Origin: the human T2T-CHM13v2.0 reference genome, Homo sapiens
NCBI RefSeq assembly: GCF_009914755.1
Contig: NC_060934.1
Reading direction: 5' to 3' (one strand)
Length of the DNA stretch: 64,000 nucleotides
Part shown: positions 56,007 through 64,000 of the stretch, piece after piece
How the letters are laid out: the number at the start of each line of letters is the position of its first letter
How positions within the stretch are numbered: the first letter of the stretch is position 1
The notes under the pieces: generated by a model
Databases searched by the model: none
What the model was told of the DNA's origin: nothing
Seen by the model: only the letters and a program-made list of their open reading frames with translations
Program-made: the position numbers and the translations under genes

Positions 56007-57795
56007 GAGAAAGTCGCCTGGGCCGTGTTTCCCAGGCTCCCGACAGCTCCGGCCCGGCTCGGAGGCCGCCTCGGCCCCCGTGCACCCCGGCCCGGCTCAC
56101 CGGGGCCCCGCGGCCGCCACCCGCTCCCCCGTGGCCACAGCCCCGCCGCCGCCGGCCCGTCCCTCCTCTCTCCCCTCCCCAGGCCGTCCCTCCGGGAGGC
56201 GGCAGCAGGGGAGGAGGGGACGGGCGGAGGGGAGGGGTCCCCGGCCCGCCCGCTAGGCGGGGACGCGGCGCCGGCTGGTTCCCGGTCCCCCGAGGCCCAG
56301 GCGCAGCCGGGGGTGGGGGACACGGAGTCAGGCCTGGCACGCGGCCAGCCCACAAGCTGCTGGAGACCCCCTCATACAAATCTTGCCCCCAGTCCAGAGG
56401 GTCCTAATCTGAGAACTCCAAAATACAGCCTGGAGACAAATGGTGGGGAGGGTTTCCCCTAAATTTGGACATCTCCAGATTAAGACCTCCGCCGAATCCG
56501 TGAGGCTTTCCCTCTCCAAGGAGCTCCTAAGAGAATTTCCCAGTAAAATCGCCTCAACTGCGGTAAATAGGCTGTTCCCCGCGCCAGCATTTGAGAAGAG
56601 CTGGTCCCCAGAGTGTAAAGGAGTTAGGATGTTGGCAGGAGGAAGGATGTGTCGCCGGATGAGGAAAAGAAAGGTGGGTGTCTGCGGTGCAGTCCTTGGT
56701 CTTTCTGGCAAGTGAGGCGCTCTCCCCCTAAATGTCTCAGAGGGAGACAAATCAGCGGACTACCTTGCTTCCTTTGATGACTTGGAAAGGATCTGCAGTC
56801 CCCCTTAAAGCCCAAGAATGTCTTCTCTTCCACGACAGCCGTTTGTGGACACATACTGCTTACCTCCCTGACTGCAGGACAAGGTCCTTCAAAGCTGGAA
56901 CTCTGACTGCGCTCAGTGATCCCGCAGTGCTCCTCTGTAGAGTGGGAACCCAGGTCCATTTCAAATATCTACGTTGGAATGAGTGGATCTCGCTGGGGGT
57001 GAGAGGCACTTTGTCTACCCACACTGCCAGTCCCAGCCACATGCCTCCTCCCTTCCCTCAAAAAGCAGTGTCTTCTTAGTCTGCTTCTTCAAGGGGAGAA
57101 GTCGTTTTTATTTATGGAAACGAACTCACTATATGGTAGAAAGAACAAGAGTATCAGAATTTGCACTTTGGACTTGGACTCCCCTCTAAGCAGCTGCACA
57201 AGGTGGAACAAACCAATAATCCTTGCTGATCTGTTTTGTCCTTAGGAAAAATGGTGGAGGGAGAATATTAGATCAGGGGTTCTTAGCCTTGGCTTCATGA
57301 ATAAGCTCAAGGATGTCAATGAAGCTTTTGACATGATCTCAACTTTTTTGTGAACATTTATATATTTTTCTGGAATGGGGTCCATAGAGTTACAAGTTCT
57401 TTAAGACCTCCAGATGGACCCCAATATGGCAGAAATGAACTATTTAAAGATACCTGCCTGCTCCCGTAGTCTGACCCTCTATGGCTAAGCAAGGTTTTAG
57501 GGGAGTGGAAGGCTGGCCATTGCACAGTATCAGGGTTCCAGACAGGCTCCCTGGCTCTTCCCTCCCAGTCCTGCTCCTGAGATATAGTTCTTTCTGGCCG
57601 CCACTTCCCTTAGGGCAACCCCAGAGCTTAAATCATCTGCAAGGCAGTCACCTTTCAGGCACCTTTCATCCGGCACCTGTGTTCTTAGCTGGATTAACTA
57701 GAAAGCTAGTTGGAGGAAGGAAGGTGAAAGTGGAGGAAGGGGAAAAGAGGAAAAGTTGGAGACGAATCTGGCTTATGGTTAGAAGCATATTTTTT

Positions 57796-58391
<596 letters not shown>

Positions 58392-58471
58392 AATTTTAGG
58401 ATTCCTTTAGCCAGTGACCTTGGTGTGACCTTGTACTTCTGCAGCATTTTATACCTTCTGCGGCACACCCT

Positions 58472-58942
58472 TGTAGTGGGTCGAATTGTGTTCCCCCAAA
58501 AGATATGTTCTAGTCCTAATTCCCAGTACCTGTGAATGTGACTTATTTAGAAATAGGGTCTTTGCAGATGTAATCTAGTTCAAATGAGGTCATACTGGAT
58601 TAGGGCGGGTCCTCATCCAATAACTGTTGTTCTTATTAGAATAGGGAAATTTGGATGCAGAGACACAGAGAAAATGCCATGTGAAGATGGATCAGAGACA
58701 GAAGTGATGCGGCTGCAAGCCAAGGAATGTGAAGAATGGCCAGCCACCACCGGAAGCTAGGGGAGACGCCAGCACAGATTCTCCCTGAGAGTATCCAGAA
58801 GAAACCAACCCTCCAACACCTGGATTTCAGACTTCTGACCTTGAGAAGTGTGAGCCAATAAAACAACTGCAGTGGAGTCAGTGGTTCTTGTTTTAAGCCA
58901 CCCAGTTTGTGGTCATTGGTTATGGCAGTCCTAAGAAACTCA
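58472..58942 (+). mobile_element. MLT1C-type MaLR solo LTR
   Basis: tgtagtgggtcgaattgtgttcccccaaaagatatgtt ... agggtctttgcagatgtaat ... ttttaagccacccagtttgtgg ... ggcagtcctaagaaact. Confidence 0.82.
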
Positions 58943-59233
58943 AACTCACCTCAGCACAGTGGGGAGGTGAGAAGGACAAAGACGGGGGTCCCTATTTTAC
59001 AAATCACCCTATCACTTCACTCTTCTACTGCCTAAGGACATCTCTGTAGATTTACCCACCTTTCCTACTTTCTTCTGGTCTTAGAAAAAGAGAGCTCCTT
59101 GTCTTTAAGGAGAGCCCTTCCATGCTCTGGATATAATCTGTGTATCCCTCTCCTCCCCTGCACACACGCACTCACACACAGTCTGCTTCTGCTTTGGTTT
59201 GGGCTCCTTCTCATTTGTCAAAAACAGGCTTGA

Positions 59234-60600
<1,367 letters not shown>

Positions 60601-61567
60601 TATAATCAGGCTTCTGAGCACAACTCCCCATAGAAAACTGTTGTCTCCCATCCTGATGCCACCTCCAGGCCTTATCCTTCACACCTCCTCTACTGTCAAC
60701 TCTGCTGGGCTTCATCCACTGGGGACATCTTGTTCTCCCACCTTCCTCTCCCTCCCCCCTGGCTCCTTTCTCTCTAAGGTTGACTCTTCAATCCTCTTCT
60801 GTCCCCATGCTCCTTCCCTCCTGCAGAGGAGCTGGACAGAAATGAGCTCAGTGCCCAGCTCTGACACTCACTGGCTATGTATCCTGGGGCTAGGTACTGT
60901 ACTTCCCGGAGCCTCAATTTCTGCATCTCTAAAGTGGCAATAAATATCACCCTTTGGTAGGGTTATTAGGAGAAGTAAATGATAGGACTTATACAAAGCC
61001 CTCCACAATGCCTGGTGTCTGGCAGGCATATAAACTCCCTAATGTTAGAGCAGGCAACTCCTGTAGGTCAGAATGCCTGACTGAAATGCTGGCTTGGCAA
61101 CTTATGAGCTGAGCGATGTTGGGTAAACCTCCATCTGCCTCGTTTTCCTCCTGTGTGAAATGGGGATGTCAATAATAGTATCAAAGTAGCTAGTGCTGAA
61201 TCCGTGGTAAGTACCACTGTTCTTTTGGCTTCCCTCTGCGAGGAAAGACTCCACAGCATGTAGCAACAGGTTTTGAACAGATGTTTTTAGTTTCATGAAT
61301 GAGTGGTTGTGGACTCTAGCTGAAAGATTTCCATTTAGCTTGTCTTCAGACAGTGAGGCAGGGGCCCCCAGTACCTTGTTATCTGCTGTATCTCCACAGC
61401 ACTGTACCGGGCATGTGGTAGGTGCTCAATAGATAGTATTTTTAATTAATAGGTGAACATATGAATGAATGAACAAACTAAAGAGTTTTGCATTGAGGCC
61501 CTACTTCAAAATAATATCAACTAAAAATGGGAAGATGGGGAAGGAAAGTACCTCAAAAAGGAGAAGT

Positions 61568-64000
<2,433 letters not shown>

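Larger units (their letters stand above)
54930..56350. promoter_or_regulatory. CpG island / bidirectional promoter (DLG5 and DLG5-AS1)
   Basis: Very high GC and CpG density, many GC boxes (ccgccc/gggcgg), no TATA box, overlaps exon 1. Confidence 0.93.

Noticed and set aside
54963-56462. Long overlapping ORFs (371, 255, 233 and 228 aa, including a poly-Glu stretch)
   Set aside because: Expected stop-codon scarcity in a very GC-rich island. The translations are low-complexity Gly/Arg/Pro/Ala with no recognisable domain, and the poly-Glu is the GGA tract.

Overview
Human genomic DNA, rich in Alu, MIR, L2 and MaLR repeats, containing the 5' end of DLG5 on the minus strand (10q22.3 from memory). 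A CpG-island bidirectional promoter spans ~54.9-56.4 kb. Coding exon 1 runs from the ATG at 55571 to the donor at 55267 (304 coding nt, MEPQRRELLAQCQQSL...). About 55 kb of intron 1 fills the left of the window; exon 2 was not found and should lie just outside it. To the right is the divergent DLG5-AS1 region, which appears to end at an MLT1C LTR poly(A) signal. Almost all other ORF-track entries are Alu-derived or GC-rich noise. I found no new multi-gene system. The most unusual structures are: (1) an apparently full-length, spliced and polyadenylated THE1 (MaLR) transcript retrocopied by L1 with target-site duplications (TSDs) at 33.25-33.84 kb; (2) a 159-bp inverted templated copy of nearby unique DNA replacing an Alu's middle A-rich linker, forming a long hairpin (24.37-25.05 kb); (3) two uORFs in the DLG5 leader, one in frame with the CDS and separated from it by a single TGA; (4) a 29-bp VNTR, a perfect 40-bp (GT)/(AC) palindrome, local tandem duplications, a tail-less Alu with TSDs and a 7SL pseudogene. 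Repeat family names come from recalled consensus sequences and their boundaries are approximate.
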